Of a DNA stretch of 64,000 nucleotides, positions 31,499 to 42,891 are shown piece by piece. Both the position numbers and the translations under genes were made by a program. This DNA is from Histomonas meleagridis 2922-C6/04-290x. Taxonomy: Eukaryota > Protista > Parabasalia. Location of the stretch: positions 620,001 through 684,000 of the forward strand of contig JAANOX010000153.1 of the NCBI GenBank assembly GCA_020184695.1, given 5' to 3'. The notes under the pieces were generated by a model. That model had not been told where the DNA came from, made no database searches, and was given only the letters and a program-made list of their open reading frames with translations. Every line of letters begins with the position of its first letter. Position 1 is the first letter of the stretch.

Positions 31499-32921
31499 TG
31501 AAAACGTTATTTGAAAAAAGTGCATAAATTCATGAGAACCAATTCGAACATTATTCGATAAAGAGAATACGAACACGCGTTATGCACAACGTCTTATCAT
31601 TAAAAATTTCTCTCATTATAATTAATGTTTTGAACCTGTCTATTAAGAGAATTAGCTCAAATTGAGAATGTCCATTAAGAAGTAGATTCATCTGCACCAA
31701 GACAAAGAAAACACGTAACTTTATTTTTCTTGTTCAATACAAATACCAATGGAAGATTGGAATCTCTCATTTGGCTTAAAATTTGAGCAATGTTTAAGAA
31801 ACAAAATTTTTCATCTTATTTATTTACTGTTTTTATTCCAATGTTTTGAGTTATTATCGTTAACAAGTTATGCCGATATGATTTTGAGTACATATTTGTT
31901 CAAACATTGTTCAAAGTTAGCTTTATAAATACAGAAATTACAAATATTTTATCATTTTCAAATGAATTTAAAAATACTTTTCACACTCATATTCTAATCT
32001 TCCAATGTATAGTATTTTAAATTATAATGAAGATTAACACATTATATAAGAAAAAAGGTAGTTCATCAGAAGAACTTCTGTCATCAGTAAGTCAAAACAG
32101 CTTAAATAAGACAGTCTTTATCCAAGTCTAAAACATTGACTGTGGTGTTTCTCATTCTGTTTTACATTTTTCGCTTTTGCGACACCGCTGAAAAACCGGT
32201 GAACTTAAAGAAAAGTGACGAACGTGCGGTTCAAAAAAACGTTAAAACACTGTTGTGCGCCACTTTTCATTGCGCGAAGAAAACCCTTTTGAGAGGCTTA
32301 ACCCAGTTTTTGAAATTGTCACTTTTATAAGCTGATCAAAATTAATTCAAAAATTGTATACAATTCCAAAAAGTGTCGTTTGATAAAAAACGAATACTTT
32401 ACATTGATGTAAAGTTATGAATTATTCAATCCCCTTTATAACCAACGGCTTGAATATTCAAGAATTTTTGTTGTTTTCTTTTTGAAAAAACGGTTTTTAT
32501 GGTTTGGCCCTAGAAAAAAAAATTTTGGCAAATGCGTTCTATCGTTTTTTTCAGAGGAGATAAAATCTTGAGCGGTTAAGGATTGAAAATCGTGTTTATG
32601 ATTGAAAACTCCCAGAATTTTTGTCAGAAAGTTCTTTTCTTGAAAAAAACTCCATTTGCGGAAACATTTCCATCTAGAACACATGCTATTATCTTCCAAA
32701 TATTGTGGAATAACGTTGTTTGCTTAATCTCAAAATAATTTTGGAACATCCGATAAATCAATTGACTTTTTCGAAAGATGAGATTTTGTGAGGTTTGGCC
32801 GACCCCATTCAAAAACCGCTAAAAATTGAATACTCTACCACTTCAGAACCAAACCGCCCCACAAATCAATGGAAGAGATTGTATTTGAATCAAATCCTTG
32901 AACGTCCTTTGAAACAAAAAA

Positions 32922-34046
32922 ATGACTTCTTTCCCTCTTCTGGATGTTGCCATGGGGTATGTAAAAGGATGCGCCCCTGAGCTAGCTGATGAGCAAATCA
33001 AGAATGAAATAAGAAACGCTTTTGGCGGATTCATAATGGGAACGACATCTCGAGAAGAAATTGCTGCATTACTCGAGAAACACACAGGTTCACTTCAAGC
33101 TTTGCAGAAAGTAGAAGCAATCCTTGGCATGCTCGACCAGCCACCTCCTGCTCCCAAAACAGAAGTTTATTCAGAATCGTTTGCTTTACGAAAAAAGGTC
33201 CGACCTTGGATTCAATCAGAAGATTTCCGACTTCTTGCAGGCATCCATAAATATGGAGTTGATAATTGGGTCGCAATTTCCAAATTTGTTGGGAATGGGC
33301 GAACTCGAGCCCAGTGTGCTCAACGCTGGGCCCGAGGCCTTGATCCTAGGATATCCAAAGATCAATGGTCTCCCGAAGATGATGAAAAATTCATTTCCCT
33401 ATTAAATTCTGGGTCAAGCAAAGGTTGGACCTCAATTGCTGCCCAAATGGGAAATAGGAGTGATGTCCAGTGTCGATACCACTTTATGCAAATGGTCAAA
33501 GAAGGCAAAATTAAGGATGAATTCCCAAATTTAATTTCATATGATAGGAACCACGGCCAAATTTCAAATCAACTGAAAGCTACAATTAACCCTAGCCTTC
33601 AGTCGACCTTTTTCAACCAGCAATTTAAACCAATTCGTCAACGTAGGCAACGAACATTATCTTTTGACCCAGCCTATATTTTTGCTGGTGCTCCTCTTGC
33701 GCCTCAACAATCATACAGCCCTTCAATTATTTCATCGCAATCTCAAATATATCTACCAGTTCCAAATCCGTTTCCCAGCAAGCAGAGACATTCTGCTTCA
33801 TCTGTTCCTCCGTTGTATCTTCAAAATCTCAGTGATGACCCAGAAGTCAAAGATTCTTTAATTGCTGTTAGTAATCTTTCCGATAGCCCTGCGGAACAAA
33901 CTGAGAGCGATAAACGTGATGCATCTTTCCTCGAACCGTTTGATCCAAGTCAAGAAAAAGAAGAAGACATGAATTCATATTGCTTTGATTTTGGTGATAA
34001 TGGAATTGGTAATAACGATGACATGAACTTTAACTTCTTATTTTAG
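32922..34046 (+). CDS. R2R3-type Myb transcription factor
   Basis: Two Myb repeats: WIQSEDFRLLAGIHKYGVDNWVAISKFVGNGRTRAQCAQRW and WSPEDDEKF...WTSIAAQMGNRSDVQCRYHF. Confidence 0.9.
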   Translation: MTSFPLLDVAMGYVKGCAPELADEQIKNEIRNAFGGFIMGTTSREEIAALLEKHTGSLQALQKVEAILGMLDQPPPAPKTEVYSESFALRKKVRPWIQSEDFRLLAGIHKYGVDNWVAISKFVGNGRTRAQCAQRWARGLDPRISKDQWSPEDDEKFISLLNSGSSKGWTSIAAQMGNRSDVQCRYHFMQMVKEGKIKDEFPNLISYDRNHGQISNQLKATINPSLQSTFFNQQFKPIRQRRQRTLSFDPAYIFAGAPLAPQQSYSPSIISSQSQIYLPVPNPFPSKQRHSASSVPPLYLQNLSDDPEVKDSLIAVSNLSDSPAEQTESDKRDASFLEPFDPSQEKEEDMNSYCFDFGDNGIGNNDDMNFNFLF

Positions 34047-34292
34047 AATACAATAAAATTCGGTTTCGATTTTATGCTTTTAAACCCAAAAATTCCATCT
34101 TTCTTGCTGCAGTTAAAAGTAGATAGCAATTTCAATGCCTGAAACATCGTTTCCTCTGAAATTTGTGAATGCCTTTGAAAAAGATTTCGGATATTTCTTT
34201 GAAAAATTTTGACAAAATAAATTTGAATACAAAATGTGATTACAACGAAGAAGTGTGAGTGATAAAACAAATAAAGTTCAATTGGTCTTACT

Positions 34293-35294
34293 TTAGATAC
34301 CAAGGAGTTGGAATGCAGCGTTGCGTTCGTTGATGAGTTCTTGTTCTGTAGTATTGAGCTTCTCTTGGAGCCATTCGCTAACTGGAAGTCCTTCAACAAC
34401 CTTAACCTTACCTTCTGGTGTAACTTCGCATGGGAATGAGAAGACTGTTCCCTTCTTGATTCCATATGGTTCATTGTCTGGAACTGGGATAGCCATTGAG
34501 ACGATCTCTCCGGACTTTGTACCAAGAACCCAATTTCTCATTTGGTCAATTGCAGCGTTAGCAGCTGATGCAGCTGATGATGCACCACGTGCCTTGATAA
34601 CGGCACCACCACGTGTTGAGATCTTTTGAACGAATTCTCCGTGAAGGTATTCTTCGCCGAATAATTCGGTGGCTGTCTTTTCACCATCCTTAGTTTCGAT
34701 TACGCAATGTGATGCATCAGGAACTTGTGTGTTGGAGTGGTTACCCCAGATGCAAACGCCGTGAACCTTATCACTGGAAACGCCAGCCTTTTGAGCGAGT
34801 TCACCAATGGCACGGTTATGATCAAGACGTGTCATAGCTGAGAAGTTTTCTGGGCCGAGGTTTGTAGCATAGTGAAGGGCGATGCGGCAGTTTGTGTTAG
34901 CTGGGTTACCAACAACAATGACTTTGACGGTCTTCTTAGCATTGTTAGAAAGAGCTTCACCTTGTGTCTTGAAGATACCACCGTTGATCTTAAGGAGATC
35001 AGAACGATCCATTCCATCCTTACGTGGGAAGGCACCAACAAGGAAAACAATATCTGCATCCTTGAATGCAACGTTTGGATCATCTGTGCAAACAACACCG
35101 GCAAGTGTTGGGTATGCGCAATCAGTAAGTTCCATGCTGACACCCTTTAATGCACCAACTGCTTGTGGGATTTCAAGAAGATGAAGTTTAACTTGGGTGC
35201 ATGGGCCTAAGAGATCACCTTTGGCAATACGGAAGGCGAGGGCATAGCCAATTTGACCGGCAGCACCAGTGATGACAACATTAACAGGAGCCAT
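34293..35294 (-). CDS. MDH: Cytosolic malate dehydrogenase
   Basis: [30 protein letters not shown]. The specificity loop [14 protein letters not shown] keeps Arg, indicating MDH rather than the trichomonad LDH. Inr TCACTTTT lies upstream. Confidence 0.93.
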   Translation of the reverse strand: MAPVNVVITGAAGQIGYALAFRIAKGDLLGPCTQVKLHLLEIPQAVGALKGVSMELTDCAYPTLAGVVCTDDPNVAFKDADIVFLVGAFPRKDGMDRSDLLKINGGIFKTQGEALSNNAKKTVKVIVVGNPANTNCRIALHYATNLGPENFSAMTRLDHNRAIGELAQKAGVSSDKVHGVCIWGNHSNTQVPDASHCVIETKDGEKTATELFGEEYLHGEFVQKISTRGGAVIKARGASSAASAANAAIDQMRNWVLGTKSGEIVSMAIPVPDNEPYGIKKGTVFSFPCEVTPEGKVKVVEGLPVSEWLQEKLNTTEQELINERNAAFQLLGI

Positions 35295-35899
35295 TTTGAA
35301 AAGTGATCTTAATGTTAGAAAAAGTGTGCTGCGTGGTCACTTCACCATGGTAATCATCCCAAACGTTCTCTTTTGAATTTGGCCATCGTATAAAGTGAAC
35401 GTTTATAATTTTTTTTTTTGTTCATTCATTCTCTATTGCTTATGCTTAATTAATTTTTATTGAAACAATTGTTAAGGTGTGAATATGGTTCATATTTCTA
35501 AATTGATGCTTCAATTCAATGATTGTTAATCAAACTTCGCTTGACTTAATTTGATAAATTGTTTTATTTTTTTATTGCTCATATTATGATATCCTTCCTC
35601 ATGATCTTTAGCATCACCTGTGTTATTCTTGCTTCTAAATATAGAAAAAGCACTAAAAAATTTGAATTACTTTCTTGATTGGTATTCTTGATGCATCAGT
35701 TCACGTTATATATTTGAATTTATGAGTGATTTTTTATTGTTTCTTGAACAGATAAAGATATTGAAGTTTTTTTGTGAATTTAATTACACTTTTCCCCTAA
35801 AATATTGAAAATTGATGTTTTAAAAATAACTTTACTGATATTTATTCAATATTAATAATTTTATTTAAATTTTTGGAAGACAAATATCGCAATGTTCAT

Positions 35900-36424
35900 T
35901 TAATCTTCATCACTACCATCTGAATTGTCAATATCATCACCTGTTTCAAGATCCTCATACTGTTGGACGTTGTATTCTCCTATGAGATCTTCATTGTCGT
36001 CTTCTTCTTGATTTTCATCTTCTTCTAAATCATTTTGATCTTCTTCATCATCTTCGACAATACTTGTATTTTTCCATTCAAATTTAACTTTCTCGAGTGA
36101 AGAATCTTCCTCTTTCTTTTGTTTTGTTTCTGATAGCAAATCCTTGTTATCAACAAAGCATTTAGGAAATTGATATGATGGAGCATATGTAAATAAATGA
36201 GAAACTAAATCAGATCTTGGAGGATCCAATATTTCTTTTTGTTGTTGAGAAAGAGCGATTTTAAAATGAAAACAAGATTTACGAAAATCATGAACAAAAT
36301 GAAAACATGTTGCACCAGAATTTCTTTCTTTAGCGCTAGCTCTTTTTAAAATCATTTCTCTATCTGGGTATTTAACTTCTTCTGTTGCTGTCTGTGTTGG
36401 TTCTGCTGATGTTGTAACAGACAT
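35900..36424 (-). CDS. Acidic-tailed protein, possibly RNA polymerase III subunit RPC7/C31-like
   Basis: YQFP motif and a long Asp/Glu tail containing EYNVQQYEDLETGDD, loosely like the C31 DY..YF..GDD motif. Confidence 0.45.
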   Translation of the reverse strand: MSVTTSAEPTQTATEEVKYPDREMILKRASAKERNSGATCFHFVHDFRKSCFHFKIALSQQQKEILDPPRSDLVSHLFTYAPSYQFPKCFVDNKDLLSETKQKKEEDSSLEKVKFEWKNTSIVEDDEEDQNDLEEDENQEEDDNEDLIGEYNVQQYEDLETGDDIDNSDGSDED

Positions 36425-36474
36425 TTTTTAGTTTTTTATTGGTCGATACAGATTTCGACCGTTAAAATCAGGAC

Positions 36475-37635
36475 ATGAGAACGTTAAACGAACGAAGGCA
36501 TATATTTTTAAAAACTGCCATTTCTCGAATGGAAGATTTTGATTCAAAAGAAATATCTAATGCTTTTAATAAATACATCGAGTCTGAAAACCATGTTCTT
36601 TCCAGAAAAAATGTAATCGATTTTTTAGGAGATACAAAAATGGATAAAGATTTGATAGAAAGGTTATTTGCCTATTTAACATTTCTTGATATCATCCCTG
36701 AAACACAAATCGAAGCATCACAAAAACTTCAATCACTTTATAATGACTATCAAGAAATTATCAAAACATATCTAAAACCTGTTGATCCTGAAAATAAAGC
36801 GAAAGTCAGAGAAATTCATACCATTAATATTGACATTGATCGCAGTATTCAATGGTTCTATGAATTTACATCAAATGAATTTGGTCTTACATCAGATCAA
36901 ACGAAGAATGTTGATGAACAATCACGTCGAATTCTCACATTAATTTCAGCCACCCATAGTTCATTATCATATATTCAAGGATTTGATCGATATGTATTAC
37001 TCACATATTTTTTATCACTCAACTTTACCATCAAATATAACTTACCTGACACTGTAGCCGAATGTTTTTCGTATTATTTGTCCAGTTCCTTATTATTAAT
37101 TTCTAATCCATCTACATTACTTGATAAGGACCAAATGAAAATCACCCAACAATTTGATTTTCTTAACAAGCAAATCTATGAATACATACCCACCAAAGGT
37201 AAAATCTTGAAAAATGAACATATTTCATCATTATATTTTGCGTTACGATGGAAACTTTTAATCTTTGCAGATGAACATCAAAAAATGTCCGAAGTGTTTT
37301 TGCTTTGGGATAATTTCATACTTCATAAAGATGAGCATCCGGAATACATTAATTGTTTATGTATTTCGCATTTAGCTCAAGTTCCAATTGAAGATCCGCA
37401 AACTGTTGTCCAAACAATTCAACAATTTCGCGATTGGAATACGCCTCAAATTGTCACTGATGGAAATGGAATTCTGCAGACAAATAAAATAAGGAAAACA
37501 ATGCGAAACACTGTTTTGGCGTTCTGCTTAATAGCTGCGATTGTTCTGACGCAAAGAGTACCAAAATATGAAAAAATTTGTGGTATATTGACAATCATTT
37601 ATTTGTTGTGGCTATTATTTATTGGTAATTGGTAA
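36475..37635 (+). CDS. TBC-domain Rab GTPase-activating protein with hydrophobic C-terminus
   Basis: IxxDxxR (INIDIDRS), YIQG, FALRWKLLIFA and LLWDNF motifs. Confidence 0.85.
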   Translation: MRTLNERRHIFLKTAISRMEDFDSKEISNAFNKYIESENHVLSRKNVIDFLGDTKMDKDLIERLFAYLTFLDIIPETQIEASQKLQSLYNDYQEIIKTYLKPVDPENKAKVREIHTINIDIDRSIQWFYEFTSNEFGLTSDQTKNVDEQSRRILTLISATHSSLSYIQGFDRYVLLTYFLSLNFTIKYNLPDTVAECFSYYLSSSLLLISNPSTLLDKDQMKITQQFDFLNKQIYEYIPTKGKILKNEHISSLYFALRWKLLIFADEHQKMSEVFLLWDNFILHKDEHPEYINCLCISHLAQVPIEDPQTVVQTIQQFRDWNTPQIVTDGNGILQTNKIRKTMRNTVLAFCLIAAIVLTQRVPKYEKICGILTIIYLLWLLFIGNW

Positions 37636-38040
37636 AACATTTCTTTTAACATATTTTTTCTTTTGATATATTTATAAAAATGAAACAACAAATTTTGATA
37701 TGTAATCATTACTAAAGATTTGTTTTTAAAAATTTTTTTATTATTTTATTATTATTTTCTATTTTATGTTATCTTTATAATATAACTTTTTTGTTTTTAT
37801 TGTATATTTTTCTTATGAATTTGCTGAAAACATAACGAAAAATAAAAAAAATATTGATGATGATTAATTCATTAAAAATTTGTTTTTATTTGATGTTTAT
37901 TTATGAATTAGAGATTATTTATTAATGGTTAATGTGTTGATAAATTAGACGGACATTTCTTTCAAAGTAAAACAATCGTGGTGTTGTTTTTACGAATGAA
38001 TTAAATGCTTTTGGATTGAGTATTTAATTGGCCGTTCATA

Positions 38041-41000
38041 ATGACGAAAAAGAGAGTAAAAAAAGGAGATATAGATAACGAGACGTCACAAATTTCTTCT
38101 GTTTCTTCCTCTATCTCACAAGAGTTTCGAACTACAACATCAGAAGAAGAAAATGATACTGATTTTGATTTAACACCAACAACAAAAGTACAAACTATAT
38201 TAACACATCGGAAAGATAATGGAGAAATAAAGTATTTTGTTAAATTTTCAAATCGTCCATATCGTGATTGTAGATGGATATCTGAAGATGAAGTACGTTT
38301 AACAAACTCTATACTTCTAGTCAAGTATCAAAAGAAGTATGGAAACGACCCACCTCAACCACCATATTATGATAAATCATATGAAATTCCTGAAAAAATT
38401 ATTACATCACGACGAAATGATAATGGCGTTACAGAATATTTAGTTAAATGGACCAATTTAGATTATGATCAAAACACATGGGAAACAGCACAAAGAATAA
38501 GTTGTCCTGAACTCATTAAAATTTATGAAGATTCAAATAAATTACCATCATTAGAATATCGTTTTATACCACCACATCCAGATCCCAATTCCTTTAAACC
38601 AATTACAAGGTATAAACAATCAAAGTCAGGCTTTCAAATGAGACCGTATCAATTACAAGGATTAAATTTTTTATTAAATTCATGGTACAAACAAAAGAAC
38701 TCCATATTAGCTGATGAAATGGGTTTAGGTAAAACTGTTCAAGCAGTTTCATTTTTAGATACATTATATGAACAACAAAAAATTCATGGTCCATTTTTAA
38801 TAGTTGGGCCATTATCAACATTACCACATTGGGAACGCGAAATCGCTGATTGGTCTGACATGTCCTTCATCACTTTTTATGGTCGCAAAATCAAACGTAA
38901 ACTTATGAAACAATTTGAATTCTTTTATGAGGGAACTTCGCATCCAAAGTTTACTATTTTATTAACCACGTATGAATATACCATGAAAGAGAGTGAACTA
39001 TTATCCAAAATCAAATGGCGTTGTATCGTAATTGATGAAGCTCATCGATTAAAAAATCATGAATCGAAATTATTTAATACGATGAAAAATTTTTCAACCG
39101 ATAGCAAAATATTACTAACAGGTACTCCATTACAAAACAATACTGAAGAGTTATGGACCTTATTAAATTTCCTAGATCCAATCTCATTCAAAGATTTAAA
39201 TGATTTCCAAACCAAGTTTGGTGAGTTAAATGAGTCAGACCAAATCATTGAGCTACAGACCATCTTAAAGCCCTTAATGTTACGCCGTCTTAAAAGTGAT
39301 GTTGAAAAAAGTATTTCACCATTAGAAGAAATCATCATCGAATGTCCGATGACCCAACACCAAAAAATCTATTACAAGTCCATCTACAACAAGAATCTCG
39401 ACTATTTAACCCGCGGAGCTCATAAAAACAATTCCACAAATTTGCGCAATATTTCCATGGAACTTCGGAAAGTCTGCAACCATCCGTATCTGATCCAGGG
39501 CTCCGAAGACCAAATTCTCATAGAGTTAAAAGAAGCCTCACATATCACAGATGATGATGAATTACCCGAAAATTTTATTGAAGAAGCGTTAATTCGATCA
39601 GCCGGGAAGATGATATTATTGGACAAACTATTATCTAAGCTTAAGAAAGATGGCCATCGAGTATTAATCTTCAGTCAAATGACACGGATGCTTGATATCA
39701 TTCAAGACTACTTAGTATATAAGAATTATAACTTCGAGAGACTTGACGGAAGTATTCGAGCCGAATTACGACAAGAATCGATTGATAAATTTAATGCGCC
39801 AGAATCGGAAGACTTCGTTTTTTTGTTATGTACTAAAGCGGGAGGATTAGGTATTAACTTAACAACAGCTGATACAGTCATTATATATGATAGCGATTGG
39901 AATCCACAAAATGATATTCAAGCGACAGCACGATGTCATCGAATTGGACAAAAGAAAGATGTCAAAGTTTATCGTTTTATCACGAGTAATAGTTATGAAC
40001 AAAAGATGTTTGATCGAGCATCGATTAAATTAGGATTAGATCATGCAGTGTTAGAAGGTAATCGGACAGATAAAAATAAGAAGAAGAAAGATAAAGCAGA
40101 AGAGATGGAGAAATTATTACGTTTTGGTGCTTATTATGCATTTGAAGAGAAAGATAATGATAACACTGAGAAATTTACGGAAGAAGATATTGAAAGTATA
40201 TTATCTAAGTCATTAACAATTAAACATGATAATATATTTGGTGGAGAAGGTTCAACATTTAGTAAGGCGCAATTTGAAATTAATGAAGATGTAAGTCAAG
40301 TCGATTTAACAGATCCAGATTTCTGGAATAAATATAAGCCATTAATAGTCGAAGATGATACATCTATGGATTCATATTCTATAGGAGAAAGACGTCGTAA
40401 ATTACGTGAACAAAATGATGGAAAACTTAATGAATATTCTGATGAAGAAATAGATATTAGTGAAGATAAATCAAAAGTTAAATGGACAAAGAACAAAATT
40501 AATATATTACAAAATAACTTATTAAAATATGGGTTTGGAAGATGGCATATTATCTATGAAACAATGAACTTAAATTGTCCATTAACGGAAATTAAAATCG
40601 CGTCATTAGCTATCATTAAATGGTTATTAGAATCATCACCTGATAAATTCCCAGTGATTCAAAGTATATATCAACAAAATATGAAAATCGATGAAATTGC
40701 TAAAGATGTCAAACGATTTCTTCGAAATAATCGAAAAGAATTTGCGACATTAATTAAAAACGGATCGACTTGGAAATTAGGTCGATTAGATTGCTTACAT
40801 TTCTTAAACACATTAATTACTACATGTAAGAAGCCACCAGAAGAATTACCAATACCAGACGTACAAACTATGAAACCTTCTTATTGGTGGTCTAAGAAAG
40901 ATGATCAAATATTATTATATGAATCTTGGAAATATGGATATTCACAATTCCAAGATATGAAGTTCACACAAGAATCAGAAACACCATTACAAAGTAAGAT

Positions 41001-42435
41001 ATTAATTGTACGATTGAAATCACTTGTGAATGGATTAAAGTCAAGTTATGTCCGATTTAAAGAAGTTCAACATGTTGATATCCCATTTAGTTGTGAAACA
41101 CTTGAATTAGCACTTTCTTCATGGAATAAGAAAGAACATAAGTTAATAATTCATGCGTTATTAAATATTGGATATCCAAGTGCGGAGAAAATTAAAGAGA
41201 TTTGTGACATTAATAAGAAGACTGAAGTTATTGATAATTATGTACAAGAAATTATTAATTATTGTGAAGATGTAAAGAATAATAATGTCGAAAATAATAA
41301 TAATAAAATAGTAGGACAAATTACTTCAGGAACAGCTACTAAATTATTATCAAGAATACAATTGTTTGAACAAGTTCGTAAGAATTTGGATAATGATAAA
41401 TATTCAAATGAAGATTTGGAATTATTTAAATATGTAGCAGAAAATGGGTTTTTAGATTTACAAAATAATCAAATGATTAATAATCGTTTTGGGAATGATG
41501 GATTAGAAGGTAAAGTCGCAAGAACTATAAGGGATTTATTATTAGGACATAAGAAACGTAATGTCGGTGTCCATAAACATATTTCAATTTATGATGTACC
41601 TGAATATCCAATGAATGAAGATGGTTCTCCTAAATTACCAATATTAATTGGGCAAACTTTAAATATTATAAATTTGGGTACAATCGTTACTGATAGAGAT
41701 GGATTCCATTCTGAACGATATTTATATCCGGCTGGGTTTGAAACAGAACATATTTATTACTCTTGTAAAAACCCTTCTGTGAAGGTTTGGTATCGAAGTT
41801 TAATTATTGATAATGGAGGTAAATATCCAATATTTAGAGTGGAAATGAAAGATAATCCAAAGGTATTTGCTGAAGGTAATGCTCCTTCTACTCCGTGGTT
41901 AATCATCGTGAAAAAAGTCGAAGATAAAAAGAAGAAATTGGGCGGTGAAGGAAATCGATCTTTAACTATTTCTGGACCTGAATATTTCGGATTGACTGCA
42001 CCTCTTGTAGTATATTTATTACAAAACTTACCCGGAGTGAACTTATGTTCGAAATATATGAAAAGAAATTTCGGAGGTGATAATGATGATGTATCTGACT
42101 CTGATGATATAGATGATGATGATAGTTCACCCCCTCCGAAAAGAATTAGTAGAAGATATACCAATAGAAGTCCAAATGGTAGTGAGGTATTGTTGGTTCC
42201 GCCTCCAACAAGAAAATCTGGTCGATTACATAAGCCAAAAGACAAGTTGGTCATTGACTTTGATGCACTTTTCGCCGATCAAAATCTACTCAAAAGTGAC
42301 GAGAGAAATTTAAAGGTGAAAATTCAAAAAGATGAAGTATTACAAAGAGATTCACTCGATATTTTCGTGCCTCAAAATGACGATGAAATGGAAATAGCGA
42401 TAGATACTATGAAAAGAAAAATTTTTAACAAATAA
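38041..42435 (+). CDS. CHD6-9/Kismet-like chromatin remodeller with C-terminal FYRN/FYRC module
   Basis: Tandem chromodomains, LADEMGLGKT, DEAH, LRKVCNHPYL, DSDWNPQND, MFDRASIKLGLD. FYR-like NLGTIVTDRDGFHSERYLYPAGF...ISGPEYFGL. Confidence 0.9.
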   Translation: MTKKRVKKGDIDNETSQISSVSSSISQEFRTTTSEEENDTDFDLTPTTKVQTILTHRKDNGEIKYFVKFSNRPYRDCRWISEDEVRLTNSILLVKYQKKYGNDPPQPPYYDKSYEIPEKIITSRRNDNGVTEYLVKWTNLDYDQNTWETAQRISCPELIKIYEDSNKLPSLEYRFIPPHPDPNSFKPITRYKQSKSGFQMRPYQLQGLNFLLNSWYKQKNSILADEMGLGKTVQAVSFLDTLYEQQKIHGPFLIVGPLSTLPHWEREIADWSDMSFITFYGRKIKRKLMKQFEFFYEGTSHPKFTILLTTYEYTMKESELLSKIKWRCIVIDEAHRLKNHESKLFNTMKNFSTDSKILLTGTPLQNNTEELWTLLNFLDPISFKDLNDFQTKFGELNESDQIIELQTILKPLMLRRLKSDVEKSISPLEEIIIECPMTQHQKIYYKSIYNKNLDYLTRGAHKNNSTNLRNISMELRKVCNHPYLIQGSEDQILIELKEASHITDDDELPENFIEEALIRSAGKMILLDKLLSKLKKDGHRVLIFSQMTRMLDIIQDYLVYKNYNFERLDGSIRAELRQESIDKFNAPESEDFVFLLCTKAGGLGINLTTADTVIIYDSDWNPQNDIQATARCHRIGQKKDVKVYRFITSNSYEQKMFDRASIKLGLDHAVLEGNRTDKNKKKKDKAEEMEKLLRFGAYYAFEEKDNDNTEKFTEEDIESILSKSLTIKHDNIFGGEGSTFSKAQFEINEDVSQVDLTDPDFWNKYKPLIVEDDTSMDSYSIGERRRKLREQNDGKLNEYSDEEIDISEDKSKVKWTKNKINILQNNLLKYGFGRWHIIYETMNLNCPLTEIKIASLAIIKWLLESSPDKFPVIQSIYQQNMKIDEIAKDVKRFLRNNRKEFATLIKNGSTWKLGRLDCLHFLNTLITTCKKPPEELPIPDVQTMKPSYWWSKKDDQILLYESWKYGYSQFQDMKFTQESETPLQSKILIVRLKSLVNGLKSSYVRFKEVQHVDIPFSCETLELALSSWNKKEHKLIIHALLNIGYPSAEKIKEICDINKKTEVIDNYVQEIINYCEDVKNNNVENNNNKIVGQITSGTATKLLSRIQLFEQVRKNLDNDKYSNEDLELFKYVAENGFLDLQNNQMINNRFGNDGLEGKVARTIRDLLLGHKKRNVGVHKHISIYDVPEYPMNEDGSPKLPILIGQTLNIINLGTIVTDRDGFHSERYLYPAGFETEHIYYSCKNPSVKVWYRSLIIDNGGKYPIFRVEMKDNPKVFAEGNAPSTPWLIIVKKVEDKKKKLGGEGNRSLTISGPEYFGLTAPLVVYLLQNLPGVNLCSKYMKRNFGGDNDDVSDSDDIDDDDSSPPPKRISRRYTNRSPNGSEVLLVPPPTRKSGRLHKPKDKLVIDFDALFADQNLLKSDERNLKVKIQKDEVLQRDSLDIFVPQNDDEMEIAIDTMKRKIFNK

Positions 42436-42510
42436 TATTATTATTAATTTTAATAAATAAATAAATAAAAACAAACGGTTATGCGACGGTAATAAAGAAC
42501 GTAAATCAAA

Positions 42511-42891
42511 TCATTTTTTGATAAACTTTTGAAGCCTTTGCGCCATTTCTTCCCTCGTTCCGGTGGTGACTAATCCGAGCGATTTTAGTGTCTTCTTAAG
42601 TTCAGCTGTAGTCATTTTATGTATAGGCGCTGGAAGAAATGAAGTCGCATTTTCTTGAATAATGCTTTTGCCGTTTTTGGGTGGTTTTGGTTGGGCTGGC
42701 TTGGTATCTTTTGTGGTTTTGCTTTTTTCGAGTCGTAATCTACGAAAAATTAATGGTTCTGTATCTTGTTCAATAACTTGGAAATTTGGTGATTCATTTA
42801 TGATTGGTAAAACAGTTTCACATTCCATGTCTCCATTCCATACCCAATTTGATATGATTGAAGGAGAAGGAAATGGTTTAGAATTCGACAT
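42511..42891 (-). CDS. SAP-domain protein
   Basis: C-terminal KMTTAELKKTLKSLGLVTTGTREEMAQRL. Confidence 0.8.
   Translation of the reverse strand: MSNSKPFPSPSIISNWVWNGDMECETVLPIINESPNFQVIEQDTEPLIFRRLRLEKSKTTKDTKPAQPKPPKNGKSIIQENATSFLPAPIHKMTTAELKKTLKSLGLVTTGTREEMAQRLQKFIKK

Noticed and set aside
32062-32088. Hammerhead-like CTGATGA plus stem on the minus strand
   Set aside because: No GAAA after stem II and no stems I/III.
34293-35294. Lactate dehydrogenase identity
   Set aside because: The specificity loop keeps Arg (GAFPRKDG); the trichomonad LDH has Leu there.
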